Origin: a virus | Lineage: Duplodnaviria > Caudoviricetes | Strand: one strand, 5' to 3' | DNA: 64,000 nucleotides | Virus record (IMG/VR): IMGVR_UViG_3300020148_000032 | Part shown: positions 20,007-30,061 of the stretch, one piece after another | Position numbering within the stretch: position 1 is the stretch's first letter | Layout of the letters: each line of letters begins with the position of its first letter | Made by a program: the position numbers and the translations under genes | Notes under the pieces: model-generated | Database searches by the model: none | Told to the model about the DNA's origin: nothing | What the model saw: the letters and a program-made list of their open reading frames with translations, nothing else

Positions 20007-21293
20007 TTAATCTTTTACGTAGCCTTCTACAGCTTTTGGACGTTGACCTTTAGGAGCTTCGCGTAATCTTTCAGCGAAACCATAAAGAGCTTTAAATGTC
20101 ATAATGGCGTCAGGCAAAGCGCTGTGCGCGTCCTCATAAGGAATACCATTTGCTTCACTGAAGCTCTCTAATCTGTTATTCTTACCCTCATCAAAAAGAA
20201 TGGTTGAAATAACACGAGTATCACTCCAGGAAACAATAGGTGACATTTCATTCTTGTGGCGTGAAGAAATATTCAAACCAGAAAAGACTTCACTCTTTTG
20301 CCAGAAACCATTGAGGTGTTGTGAGAGGTAGGACTTTTCAAAAGCATCATTATGTGCAACGTTGATGGAATCTGGATCATTAAGGAATTTCCCCACAGTT
20401 TCTTGAACTTTAGGGTCATTGAATTTTCTTTTCCCTACTACGTCTTGAGGTCTAATTTTGTGAACTGCGGTGGCTCCCACTCCGATAACATCTCTTACTT
20501 CAGAATTATTAATGTCAAATCTTTCTTCATATTCTTCAAGAATTTCTCCGCTAGGTGAAACCTTGACGATACCGATCTCAATAATTTCGCCCATGTTAGG
20601 GTCAAGTGATGTTGTTTCAAGGTCAACGAATACTCTATTCTTTTTCCAAGTAGTGGGTCCACCTTGTTGGAATAATGAAACAATGTATTCATCTTTAGTC
20701 ATTCCAGATTCTTCGTTATAATTGTAATAGAGTTCTTCAGCATCTTTACGAGAAATCTCATTCCAAGAAGCTAATTGATTAATGGTAGCGTCTTCCATTT
20801 CTGGGCTAATTTCTTCATTAAAATTCACATTAAGACGCATTGTTGCTCTATAAGCCTTTTGTGCTCTCTTGCTAGCATAAGTTTTTGGAGGGCTTGGATA
20901 TTTATCATCAGCATCAAGTAAACCCATTTCTTTAGCATAGTGTCGCGCGAGCCTCATATTGTGATAATCAACTCTTTGCTTTTCATAGATTTCTCTTAAT
21001 TCATCATGAAGATCATCAATGACTTGAGGGTCAACCATACCTAGAAGAGCAGACACTTTTAATTCTTCAAGTTGGTTCTCACGAGGGTCAGAATCATTTG
21101 CTACAGATGTTTCAAATGCGTCTCTATACTTCTCAATATTGTCAAGAATCGTTTTCGCTTTTTCAGAGTATTTGTTTTGCGCCTCTTCCTTACTAGAGTA
21201 ATGATCTGTTTCTAAATCTCCAAAAGGGCATGTTTTCTTAGCGCGACAAATACCTGGGTTACCCGTTTTAGGGTTAATGTGAAATCTTTTCAT
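20007..21293 (-). CDS. H-C-C-H tag plus DnaQ-like (DEDDh) 3'-5' exonuclease
   Basis: VFVDLETT, VAHNDAFE, AHSALPDA; N-terminus MKRFHINPKTGNPGICRAKKTCPFG..DHY. Confidence 0.88.
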   Translation of the reverse strand: MKRFHINPKTGNPGICRAKKTCPFGDLETDHYSSKEEAQNKYSEKAKTILDNIEKYRDAFETSVANDSDPRENQLEELKVSALLGMVDPQVIDDLHDELREIYEKQRVDYHNMRLARHYAKEMGLLDADDKYPSPPKTYASKRAQKAYRATMRLNVNFNEEISPEMEDATINQLASWNEISRKDAEELYYNYNEESGMTKDEYIVSLFQQGGPTTWKKNRVFVDLETTSLDPNMGEIIEIGIVKVSPSGEILEEYEERFDINNSEVRDVIGVGATAVHKIRPQDVVGKRKFNDPKVQETVGKFLNDPDSINVAHNDAFEKSYLSQHLNGFWQKSEVFSGLNISSRHKNEMSPIVSWSDTRVISTILFDEGKNNRLESFSEANGIPYEDAHSALPDAIMTFKALYGFAERLREAPKGQRPKAVEGYVKD

Positions 21294-21411
21294 GAAAGTT
21301 AAACTCCAATAAGCGAATTTGAATAATATCGTGATTGTGTAATGAATCCTTTTCTAAAGAGAAACTTTAAAAGCTCCACATTTCTGCGGAGCTTTTAAAG
21401 TGACCTGGGAG

Positions 21412-21819
21412 TCAGAGGAGAGTATCCTTTGAAAGATCCTTAATAACTTCAGGATCATATACCTTCGAAACCTCGCCCGAGGCTTCGAAAACTAGACGGC
21501 TAGCGTAAAGTCGCTTTGACTTCTTTGCCTGCGCCACCTCGAAAAATGTGTCTCCTACCTGGTGCATTCCGATGAGTGACTTGTCACCTTCGGAAGGGAC
21601 AACACCCTCCTTGAGGGGGAAAGTGTTCAAGCGAGAAATGAAGATACTTGCAACAGCTGCATCGAAACGATTAGCCGTCCAGATTGCTCGCATGGTATCA
21701 ACAAACAGTTCGGGAACCTGACGCTCACGAATGAGAGTAGTAATGAACGCTTCTTGATTAGGAGTCACGGGTGTAAGCTTTCGTGCCTCGGTGTTAGCAA
21801 TTTGAGAAACGGTAGTCAT
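21412..21819 (-). CDS. Hypothetical phage-like protein
   Basis: TPNQEAFITTL...AS.FI..L pattern; own promoter. Confidence 0.6.
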   Translation of the reverse strand: MTTVSQIANTEARKLTPVTPNQEAFITTLIRERQVPELFVDTMRAIWTANRFDAAVASIFISRLNTFPLKEGVVPSEGDKSLIGMHQVGDTFFEVAQAKKSKRLYASRLVFEASGEVSKVYDPEVIKDLSKDTLL

Positions 21820-21846
21820 GTTAATCCTTAGGTTCAAGTTAAGATT

Positions 21847-21875
21847 ATTCTATATTTGATTTTTCTAAAAGTCAA
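21847..21875 (-). promoter_or_regulatory. SigA-type promoter
   Basis: TTGACT-N17-TAGAAT. Confidence 0.75.
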
Positions 21876-21878
21876 TAT

Positions 21879-22331
21879 TTAGAAAGTCCAAATTTCGATA
21901 GTGATTTCTGGGTAATGCTCGGCCTGAGTATCAATAATATTACGCACCAAGTCCCAATCAAGACCACCAATTCCCGCTCCAATGCGGGGGAGTGCAAGAG
22001 AGACGATTCCATTCTCACGCAAATAGGCGAGAGTGTTTGCAAGAGAGCTGTCAAGCCACTGGTAACTTGCATTGGGACCTGGGAGATCCTGTGTTGCCAT
22101 GTTCATGATAAGGGTTCCGTCAGAAGCCATGACGGGAAGAACCGTACCGGGGGTAAGAAGCCCTTCATCACAAGCCTTCTTGTAAGGTGCAAAGACTTCT
22201 GGATAAAGAGAGCGAAGGGTCTTAGCAATTCCTCTTCCCATTACTCCCTTTACATTGACTCCATGCCCGTAAGCTTCAGCGTGTGAGGTGAAAAGATCAC
22301 CATTCTTCTCAATAATGTTTGTAGGTGACAT
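21879..22331 (-). CDS. Macrodomain (ADP-ribose hydrolase; Poa1p/DarG-like)
   Basis: GDLF, HGVNVKGVMGRGIA, LALPRIGAGIGGLDW. Confidence 0.9.
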   Translation of the reverse strand: MSPTNIIEKNGDLFTSHAEAYGHGVNVKGVMGRGIAKTLRSLYPEVFAPYKKACDEGLLTPGTVLPVMASDGTLIMNMATQDLPGPNASYQWLDSSLANTLAYLRENGIVSLALPRIGAGIGGLDWDLVRNIIDTQAEHYPEITIEIWTF

Positions 22332-22356
22332 GATACTCTCCTTAAAGTATATTTTC

Positions 22357-22385
22357 ATTCTATCATTATGTGAGAAGAATGTCAA
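22357..22385 (-). promoter_or_regulatory. SigA-type promoter
   Basis: TTGACA-N17-TAGAAT. Confidence 0.8.
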
Positions 22386-22503
22386 TTAGTCGTGTCAATA
22401 CTTTCACAATCATAGTAATCAGTAGCCGTATTGTCACTCTTTATACACATGAGTGAGTTTTCTCTGTTTGGTACTTTTATGTATTGAAGATAGAAAACGC
22501 GAA

Positions 22504-23382
22504 TTAGTGTCGTGCCGTTATAGCCATTGAAACAACTTTAATCATTTCCCCTAATGCTTCGTAAGAGCTACTTTCGAGATCTTCCTGAGCTTTCAAGTTC
22601 TCTAAACGTTCTTTTTCGACCTCTAGATCTTCAATGTCATATGTGGAAATTCTCTCTACTAACTCTTCAGCGTTGCGTGGATTTCCATAATATTTAGGGA
22701 GGGGTTTTAGCTCTTTAGCGTATCCAGCTATTTGAATAAGTGAGTAATATTCTTCAACTACTTCTGACCATCCAGATTCGCTACAGCGATCATATGCTGA
22801 CAAGAAAATAAGATTCTTTGTTTCTTCTGATAGTCCACGATTAGCATTTGGGAATGATTCTTCAAGAACTTTTTGACCATCATTTTGATTCATCTTGGGT
22901 TGCTTTCGGAATGCGTAGAATGCTCCTGTTAAGCCATGACTCTTTGTTTCATCAGTATCTATTGATTCTAAAGAATGAGTTCTTACTGATTCAATAATCT
23001 TTGCATAGGGAATCATCTCTGTTAGCAAGATTTGTGGCGATGAAACTCCTGCTTTGTTAATTGCTTCCCTGTAAATAATCTTGCAGAGTTCATCATCTAC
23101 ATCACTGAGAGAGTATGGGAAAGCTTCTTTAATAATTTGAGGAAAGTTGTCTTCTCTAATATTTTTCTTACCTTCGAGTTTGTCCATAGTTTTATAGAAT
23201 GGGATATCTGTTTCTGTTTTACGCGAAAGGGTGGGTAAACCATGTAATTGCGAGAGGGTTTCTTCGATTGCTTTAATGGCTTCTTCTTTAGAGTCATAAT
23301 GTGTTGAATGTATGGGACATTCTTTCTTTTCAGCATTGCAAACTCTCGGAAACCCGTCAGCTGGTGAGATATGATAGCGCAT
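22504..23382 (-). CDS. H-C-C-H tag plus protein with an internal helical repeat
   Basis: Start MRYHISP after GAGGAG; IIKEAFP...IIY.EA and VLEESFP...LIF.SA repeat. Confidence 0.75.
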   Translation of the reverse strand: MRYHISPADGFPRVCNAEKKECPIHSTHYDSKEEAIKAIEETLSQLHGLPTLSRKTETDIPFYKTMDKLEGKKNIREDNFPQIIKEAFPYSLSDVDDELCKIIYREAINKAGVSSPQILLTEMIPYAKIIESVRTHSLESIDTDETKSHGLTGAFYAFRKQPKMNQNDGQKVLEESFPNANRGLSEETKNLIFLSAYDRCSESGWSEVVEEYYSLIQIAGYAKELKPLPKYYGNPRNAEELVERISTYDIEDLEVEKERLENLKAQEDLESSSYEALGEMIKVVSMAITARH

Positions 23383-23602
23383 AGTGTTCTCCTCTACAAA
23401 AAGCGATAGAAACCTATTAAACTTTAACAAGCCCTTTTAGGTTTCTATTGCCTTTTAATAAAAATCTTTAATTGTGTATTATTTGGAGTAAGATTTTTTG
23501 TTATTTAATGTGTAACTTCATTAACATGTTAAGAACAAGTCTGTTCCCTTAAAGTGTTAATTTTGATGAAGATGACAATTTACATTAAATCAATTTTAAT
23601 GT

Positions 23603-23773
23603 TTATCGACCGATTTCCTCGAAATCGTAGTCGTCCCCGCTGAAGTCCAGGTCGCGGGGGTCAATTCCGCGAATGTTGTTCAGGGTTCGCTCAACGTTCC
23701 GATTGTCGCGGCGCTCGGCGCGGTCGGTAATCTTTTCGTAGCGTTCGTATTCGTATCGGATAGTGCGGGCCAT
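23603..23773 (-). CDS. Small charged protein (56 aa), not in ORF track
   Basis: MARTIRYEYERYEKITDRAERRDNRNVERTLNNIRGIDPRDLDFSGDDYDFEEIGR; AAAGG RBS; own promoter. Confidence 0.7.
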   Translation of the reverse strand: MARTIRYEYERYEKITDRAERRDNRNVERTLNNIRGIDPRDLDFSGDDYDFEEIGR

Positions 23774-23833
23774 GGTGGTTACCTTTAATACCTTTCATAG
23801 GGGACACATTCATTTGAGTGTGTCAACAGTTTA

Positions 23834-23862
23834 ACTATACAATGTAAGTTTTTGAGTGTCAA
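23834..23862 (-). promoter_or_regulatory. SigA-type promoter
   Basis: TTGACA-N17-TATAGT. Confidence 0.75.
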
Positions 23863-24019
23863 CCTCTATTTTGATCTTCAAAATGTTTTTATTGTCAGGA
23901 TTGTATTATTCATATGAAAGTTCAAAATTAATGCATAGAGTTATATTCAACATTAAAACGAATAAAGTAGTGATGAAAAGAATAAAAAGTACGATTCTGC
24001 CGCGACCGCATTGCGGGGA

Positions 24020-24163
24020 CTAGTTGGACTGTTTGGCTCGGTTGCCGCGCCTCGACTTCTTGGGCGCCGTCGTCTTCGTTGCAAGCATATTGAGCAGCTG
24101 CTTTCGCTCGGCAGAGGTGGTGCTTGTCCGCTCGACACCGTAACTAAGTTCTTTGATACCCAT
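24020..24163 (-). CDS. Small basic protein (47 aa), not in ORF track
   Basis: MGIKELSYGVERTSTTSAERKQLLNMLATKTTAPKKSRRGNRAKQSN; GGGGAGG RBS. Confidence 0.65.
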   Translation of the reverse strand: MGIKELSYGVERTSTTSAERKQLLNMLATKTTAPKKSRRGNRAKQSN

Positions 24164-24186
24164 AGCTCTTGCCTCCCCCTTTCTTT

Positions 24187-24600
24187 TTATAACTCTACAG
24201 GTTTATCCTGTCCGGATTGTTCTAAATGCATCCTCTGATTAAACAAAAAATGCTTACTTGGCTTTCCGCTAATAATGGCAAAATAAGAATCATTATCTTT
24301 TGGAGAAAAATCTTCAATTACTATATCTAGATCCTGAGCAATCTGATTTATCTCAAAGAGAGAATATAGATTACTTACATCATATTTTACTCTTGTTTTC
24401 TCAAACATTTTCATTCTATTATAAACTTCGACTTCTTTCGGGTTCTTATCGAATTCTTCATGCTCAAGATCAAAAACAATCGAAACCTCTATATAATTTT
24501 TATGCTGTTTGAAAAAATATTTATAATCTAAACTATGTAAATAATTCCGTACTTCTTCGTATTTACTTCTAGAAATTTCAAATAAAACGAGTGCTTTCAT
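24187..24600 (-). CDS. Hypothetical protein
   Basis: ORF with RBS. Confidence 0.6.
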   Translation of the reverse strand: MKALVLFEISRSKYEEVRNYLHSLDYKYFFKQHKNYIEVSIVFDLEHEEFDKNPKEVEVYNRMKMFEKTRVKYDVSNLYSLFEINQIAQDLDIVIEDFSPKDNDSYFAIISGKPSKHFLFNQRMHLEQSGQDKPVEL

Positions 24601-24641
24601 ATTCCCTCTTTACATTTTAGGTATATATGAAAATATCATTA

Positions 24642-24998
24642 TTAACAATAAACGGAGAAAACCTCATCAGCATCTTCGCTAAGGCTTGAAGTCTTCAATT
24701 CATTACGATACTCTTCAAGAGTGTCAAGTCCAAAGAACTCCTCAATATCTTCAGTAAAATGAAGAGCGACTCGGAACCCAAGCTTATCAGTCCAAAAATT
24801 TACAAGTTCATCTTCGGAGAAAATACCATTCACATCAAGGTATTCGTCAGTTCCAATTCGAACTACAACGTGATACCACTGTTGTGGGTCCTGAGGGAGC
24901 GAAATAACACACACTTCAAAATCATGCTTGAAAGAGAGAGCAAGTGCTAGATTATGACAATTACCGTTCGAGTAATAGTCAATTACATCTTCATCCAT
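24642..24998 (-). CDS. Hypothetical protein with a papain/transglutaminase-like C-H-D pattern
   Basis: YSNGNCHNLALAL, WYHVVV, YLDVNG. Confidence 0.55.
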   Translation of the reverse strand: MDEDVIDYYSNGNCHNLALALSFKHDFEVCVISLPQDPQQWYHVVVRIGTDEYLDVNGIFSEDELVNFWTDKLGFRVALHFTEDIEEFFGLDTLEEYRNELKTSSLSEDADEVFSVYC

Positions 24999-25051
24999 TA
25001 GGTGCTCCTTTATATGAAATCAGTTGATTCTATCATGGAGCATTAAAGAAG

Positions 25052-25462
25052 TCAATAAGTGAAAGGCCAGATACCGTTTGCCCACATATAACCTAGAATA
25101 TGATAAGAGGCCAGCAAAGTAAATACTACGCTTACAATATAAAGACCTTTAACCGCCCAAGCTCTAGCCCTTACTTGTTTCAATCGGCGAGAGCACTCCC
25201 ATAAAGCCCAAAGTAGAAAAACTCCCCAAAGAGTTCTAACAATCATAGCTCCTTCGAATCCTATGAATTGTTGGAAGAAATTCCATGTACCGTTCATCTC
25301 AAAGGCAACATCACTATGAGAGATACTGTACCAGCTTGCTAAACTATCAAAGAGGGTCGTGATAACAGCAATAATTCCTGAAATTGTAGCAGTTTTTGGA
25401 ATCGATAGAGGTTCTTTGTAAAAAGAGTTTTTCTGAATTGGGAAGGAGTTTATGACACTCAT
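25052..25462 (-). CDS. Membrane protein (DUF5658-like)
   Basis: TM helices; FDSLASW...EMN. Confidence 0.55.
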   Translation of the reverse strand: MSVINSFPIQKNSFYKEPLSIPKTATISGIIAVITTLFDSLASWYSISHSDVAFEMNGTWNFFQQFIGFEGAMIVRTLWGVFLLWALWECSRRLKQVRARAWAVKGLYIVSVVFTLLASYHILGYMWANGIWPFTY

Positions 25463-25545
25463 TTTTTATCATTTCTATTTGAAGGGCAGAAACAATATCG
25501 GTATTTTTTCGATAAAATATAATATTAGCACTTTAAGGACCCACA

Positions 25546-25929
25546 ATGAGTATTAAAAGGGTTTTACTTACCAATGAACAAGTAAAGTTTTTAGAAGACA
25601 ATAAAATAGTTTTTACGACAGATTTTGAAGGTTTTTCACCCATACAAGCGTTTGGATGGGTGAATAACACACAGAGGTTCTATTTTAGAATTAGAGGTAA
25701 AGAAACGTCCCTTCGTGTGGGTTATGCTGATCAAGAAGAAGAGAATGTTAAATCGTTCCTCAAAGGTAAAGAACCAGAGGATATTAATTCTTTCGATTAT
25801 TATCCAACAGAGACAATATTGAATTCATCTTTTTCTCTTACTGGTGGAGAATCTCTTTTTGAAATCTTTCAAAAAGCGTTCAATTTATTAAGGCCCTCAA
25901 GTAAAGAAAATAATTTTGATTTCTCATGA
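25546..25929 (+). CDS. Hypothetical protein
   Basis: PIQAFG...FYFRIRG motif. Confidence 0.6.
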   Translation: MSIKRVLLTNEQVKFLEDNKIVFTTDFEGFSPIQAFGWVNNTQRFYFRIRGKETSLRVGYADQEEENVKSFLKGKEPEDINSFDYYPTETILNSSFSLTGGESLFEIFQKAFNLLRPSSKENNFDFS

Positions 25930-26222
25930 TACGAAACAACCTTAAATTTTTTGCAACTGATGAGGAAAGAATTAATGATAAGATTCTAGAAAGCACTTTA
26001 GTGCACTCTGACCCTCAAATAGATAAGTATTATCTTCCTAACCGTTCTCAATTGCAAGAAGTTTTAATGAAAGCTAGGATCTATAAGGGAACTTGGTATC
26101 ACAGTGTGGTGATATTACGGAAGAGTTTAAATAATACTCCAGAATTGATGAAAGTGAAAAAACTTGGAGCCGACGCTGGAATTTATATTGAGAATATTCT
26201 TACTCCGGAGGTAAAGAAATGA
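25926..26222 (+). CDS. Hypothetical protein
   Basis: ATGA coupling. Confidence 0.5.
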   Translation: MIRNNLKFFATDEERINDKILESTLVHSDPQIDKYYLPNRSQLQEVLMKARIYKGTWYHSVVILRKSLNNTPELMKVKKLGADAGIYIENILTPEVKK

Positions 26223-26482
26223 AATCTGAATCTTTTAGAATCAGAACTGTTGAACAGAATAAAACTTTTTGTGGTCAATCTGACGCTTTTTATACTGTTA
26301 ATTATATAACGAGAAATGGGAAGATTCATATCTCTAAAATTCGTCGTATTATTCCTAAAACAAATTTGATAAAACATTTCCATAAATCACTCTTGAAAGA
26401 AGTTCTTTCTAAATTTATTAATAAAGATGATTCAGAAATTTTTGATCATATTTCTATTGATCGAGTAGAAATAGTAGAATAG
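26219..26482 (+). CDS. Hypothetical protein
   Basis: ATGA coupling, GGAGG RBS. Confidence 0.55.
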   Translation: MKSESFRIRTVEQNKTFCGQSDAFYTVNYITRNGKIHISKIRRIIPKTNLIKHFHKSLLKEVLSKFINKDDSEIFDHISIDRVEIVE

Positions 26483-26492
26483 AGAAATAAAC

Positions 26493-26816
26493 ATGACCTT
26501 TATACTTTACTCCGTTCTGTTTACATCACCACTTTTCGCTATTTCAGTGTGTTATTTGCTTATGAAAAAATCTTGGAATAGAGCTGCTAGTGGAGTGACT
26601 TCTCTTTTACTTTTTTCTTTCTTAATTTTTATGGTATGGTTTGCTTTTGATAGTCATATTCAGCCTGGTACTTTAGAGTCAGTAACATTTCCATATTTTT
26701 ATGGAGCTTTACTTCTTGTTTCACTTTCTTTGCAAGTGACTGCTTTATTGAAAGTATTGGACCTTGTTGATACCGTTGAAAGTGTAGGGTTCAAAGAGGC
26801 ATGGAGTAAATTTTAA
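26493..26816 (+). CDS. Membrane protein
   Basis: Three TM segments. Confidence 0.6.
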   Translation: MTFILYSVLFTSPLFAISVCYLLMKKSWNRAASGVTSLLLFSFLIFMVWFAFDSHIQPGTLESVTFPYFYGALLLVSLSLQVTALLKVLDLVDTVESVGFKEAWSKF

Positions 26817-27370
26817 AAAGATTTCTTGTAGAGATTTTTAGCCCATTCTGTGTTGAGCATTTCAATGGGTGGGAATTCTGGGTCCACACCTCGACCGCCT
26901 TTTTCTTGATTAAGTCCTTGTCTAAACTCATCGTAATCAAGCTCTAGTCTTTGAAGAAGATCGGCATCTTGAATAATTGCTGATGGTAAAGTAAGAGGTT
27001 TCTCGTGAGGAAAATATGTTGCTCTGATGAGCATTTCCACCAACTTCTCATCATCAACAAGTGTTGACTTTCTCATAAAGTCAACACTTGCCTGAATATT
27101 ACGTTCCTCAGTAGCTCCTGGAATGTAATCAGTATCATGAAACAAACCAGCAATCATAAGAGATTGAATAATGTGCTGACTTAAACCGTGGTATTCTCCA
27201 CCTTTTCCTGCCCAATAACTTACACTAAGTAAATGATCCCAACCATGATAAGGAAGTCTTAAACTAGGATTGTGATCCTCAACATAATCTAAAAACAATA
27301 CTGAGAGCGAATATTCATCGAAAAGAGCTTCTAACCTCTCTTCACGGTCAATTGTAAAACGTTTATCCAT
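26813..27370 (-). CDS. HD-domain phosphohydrolase
   Basis: PYHGWDH, AGLFHDTDY, IQDADL. Confidence 0.85.
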   Translation of the reverse strand: MDKRFTIDREERLEALFDEYSLSVLFLDYVEDHNPSLRLPYHGWDHLLSVSYWAGKGGEYHGLSQHIIQSLMIAGLFHDTDYIPGATEERNIQASVDFMRKSTLVDDEKLVEMLIRATYFPHEKPLTLPSAIIQDADLLQRLELDYDEFRQGLNQEKGGRGVDPEFPPIEMLNTEWAKNLYKKSF

Positions 27371-27670
27371 TACTTAAACTTTCCCTCAAATGCATTATTA
27401 TTATACCGAAAAACTAATTACTCACAAAATAAAATCTTATGTTGCTTGCAATTCCCTCAACTGTCAAGATAATAAAAAGCTTATGTATATTAAGCACTAT
27501 CATGGAGAAGTAATTCTTACTTATCGAAAATAAGAATGGCGACCACTTTATTGTGACCGCCATTTCGTTTTTATTATTGAGGTGTATGTACTTTAGGAAG
27601 ACCTCTACCAATACTTGGTCGAGCTAAATCCGGGTTTTGTCTCATCAACTCTTGAACTAGGTCGCCCTCA

Positions 27671-28825
27671 TTACTCTCCAGCAAAACTTTGGTAACTAGC
27701 ATCAGATCCAGTCATTACGCTACTGATTGTGTTAGAGTCCCCACCGAGTATTGTATGAAGACCTCCGTCCCAGCTAGTAGTAATAGTTGTGTAACGCATA
27801 TTAGTGCTAACTGAACCATCTTCTGGAGATACGGTAAAGTCTGTCAGGGAGAGAATCCCAATGTCAGTCCAAGCTTTCCCCAGGTATGAGGTATAGTTTC
27901 CAATGCTATATGCAACCCACATACCCTGATTATTAGGTCCGCCGCTAATCATATTAATTGGCTGTGGAGTATGAGGGTGATGCCCGATAAGAACATCAAC
28001 TTCTCCACTTTCAGCAATATATTCACTAATAGCAATCTGGCTAGCACTTGGAGTCGTAATATACTCTTGACAACAATGAACACTTGCCATTACTACGTCG
28101 GCGCCTTCTGCTCGAGCAGTTCTAGCGTCTTCGATAAGTGGATTAAGTGTTGATAAATCAAATCGCGAGAATGTGTTGACTGCCCAAGGTTTGCCAGCAG
28201 GTTTACTAAGCCCATTGAGAGCCCAAGTGTAACTTACGATACCTATAGTAAGTTCTACCCCGTCTTTTTCAAGGGTAATAAGAAGCGGTCCAGCACCCTC
28301 ATCTGAATCGCTAACTCCAGTAATCTGGATTCCTGCTTCGGAAGCCGACTTTCGCGTGTCTTGAATCGCTGAGAAGCCACCGTCCATCGAGTGATTGCTT
28401 GCTGCTGAGCATGCATCCCAACCATAATTTTTTAACTGTTGTAAAGTGCTGTATGGATTCGTAAAGACTGGAGCTTCTCTCATGACGAAACTTGGCCCTG
28501 TAGAGCTTGAAAGGATCTCTAAATGACAAACTGCTAGATCAGCTGATTCTACTGCTGGTAATGCTGGCTCTAGAAGTGAAGAATAATTGTAAGAGTTAGG
28601 AGCAAAATAACGATTGATTTCTGGCCCAGTAAGAAAATCTCCAGCGTTAAGGACAGTAAACACTACTGGATTTTTCACAATTTCAACATCAGGGGTTTTC
28701 ACGACAAAATCACCCGAATTTGCAGTAATCGCTGGTAATTTTTCATTCTCTTGAAGTTCTGGCTCAGTAATAGAACAAGCAGTTAGTGCAAGAACTATGA
28801 GTGCCCCTAGAGTAAGTTTCTTCAT
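27671..28825 (-). CDS. CapA/PGA_cap family metallophosphatase lipoprotein
   Basis: Lipobox LTAC; AGD, ASNHSMDGG, SVH..QEY, IGHHPHTPQ, YSIGN. Confidence 0.88.
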   Translation of the reverse strand: MKKLTLGALIVLALTACSITEPELQENEKLPAITANSGDFVVKTPDVEIVKNPVVFTVLNAGDFLTGPEINRYFAPNSYNYSSLLEPALPAVESADLAVCHLEILSSSTGPSFVMREAPVFTNPYSTLQQLKNYGWDACSAASNHSMDGGFSAIQDTRKSASEAGIQITGVSDSDEGAGPLLITLEKDGVELTIGIVSYTWALNGLSKPAGKPWAVNTFSRFDLSTLNPLIEDARTARAEGADVVMASVHCCQEYITTPSASQIAISEYIAESGEVDVLIGHHPHTPQPINMISGGPNNQGMWVAYSIGNYTSYLGKAWTDIGILSLTDFTVSPEDGSVSTNMRYTTITTSWDGGLHTILGGDSNTISSVMTGSDASYQSFAGE

Positions 28826-29427
28826 CAGTTCCCTCCCTCGTCAACTTCGTACCATTCGGTTCTCTTGTTAACCTCCTCAAGGAATGTATCAATAAAAATC
28901 GGACCGTAATTCTTATCATCGTTCTTGAAGCCACTTTCATGAACCTTCTCTTGTGAAAGCATAACAATAGACATTGAAGTAAAGCTTGAAAGTCCGCTTA
29001 GGTGAGCGTAAGCACGAAGAAGTGAAACAATGATTCCGCGATCTGCTCCACTTTCGAATTCTAGATTCTTGTATTTGTTAAGAAGTTCAAGAGTCTGGCG
29101 AATGTAATAAAGATGAGCACTTTGAACGAACATGCTAGAGAAATATGGAGCGCGATCAGTAATTCCAGAGTAATAACCTGACATGATGATTTTCTCTAAC
29201 TTTCGTGAATAATCATCCTTATTCTTAAGGAAATCACTTTCGTTGAGTGAGAGATCAGAAGAAATTGAGTCTTTGATTTCTTTTAAAACATCATCATCAT
29301 TGATACCCTCAATAAGAAGAGCAAGAATTGTAAGCTCTTCAAGCTCTTTCTGATTGTTTGATGAAAGAGTCTTAATAAGCTCAACAAGTTTCTTAGTCCA
29401 GAATTTTGTGATAAGAGAATTATTCAT
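28825..29427 (-). CDS. Hypothetical protein
   Basis: Coupled to CapA; TTGACT-N17-TAAGGT promoter at 29461-29489. Confidence 0.65.
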   Translation of the reverse strand: MNNSLITKFWTKKLVELIKTLSSNNQKELEELTILALLIEGINDDDVLKEIKDSISSDLSLNESDFLKNKDDYSRKLEKIIMSGYYSGITDRAPYFSSMFVQSAHLYYIRQTLELLNKYKNLEFESGADRGIIVSLLRAYAHLSGLSSFTSMSIVMLSQEKVHESGFKNDDKNYGPIFIDTFLEEVNKRTEWYEVDEGGN

Positions 29428-29550
29428 TTCTATTTCCTAATCCATTATGCATTCACTTTTACCTTATCATATATTAAAAAATAAGTCAAACGGAGTGTCT
29501 ATTGACTTTTATAGAAAAATAGATAAAGTATTTAAAGAAAGGAGCTTATC

Positions 29551-29904
29551 GTGGAATCTCTTTATGTTATTGGAAAAGCGCATCGCAACGAATTTGCACA
29601 TTTTCTTCAGAAGAAGCCAATTGAATACACTGAAGAAAAGAGAGAGAACTTTTCCATATTTACGATAACTAAAGCTTCAGAAATTGATCTTAAAAGGGTC
29701 GCAATGTGGGTTGCTCGTCACCACCACGACCGTGTAGAGATTAAGACTACTCGCCGTATTGCTAAGGCAATCCTTTCTTTTGATAAGACTGATCAACTTG
29801 AGGTGAAAATTATCAAGAAAGGTTTGTTCAAAGTGACTGTTGAAATTTACGGCACTCGACTTTTTGTTAACGCTCTTATGAAGCGTATTGCGGGTATGAG
29901 TTAG
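29551..29904 (+). CDS. Hypothetical protein
   Basis: AAGGAG RBS, divergent promoter, terminator after it. Confidence 0.7.
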   Translation: MESLYVIGKAHRNEFAHFLQKKPIEYTEEKRENFSIFTITKASEIDLKRVAMWVARHHHDRVEIKTTRRIAKAILSFDKTDQLEVKIIKKGLFKVTVEIYGTRLFVNALMKRIAGMS

Positions 29905-29917
29905 AGCTTAAATAAAT

Positions 29918-29950
29918 TATTAAGGCCCGACTATAGTCGGGCTTTTAATA
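29918..29950 (+). terminator. Intrinsic terminator
   Basis: GCCCGACTATAGTCGGGC followed by TTTT. Confidence 0.7.
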
Positions 29951-30061
29951 GTAAGAGCATTGTGGCTCAGTTGGTGAGGTAACGTTCTATACTGCCTTAT
30001 AACAGAATTTCAATCTCTCATGACGTAATGACATACCATCATAGTTTTACCTCGAGAGAGG

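Noticed and set aside
24020-24163. Ribosomal protein bL37 or bS22 identity for the basic peptide
   Set aside because: Only compositional similarity; signature residues absent.
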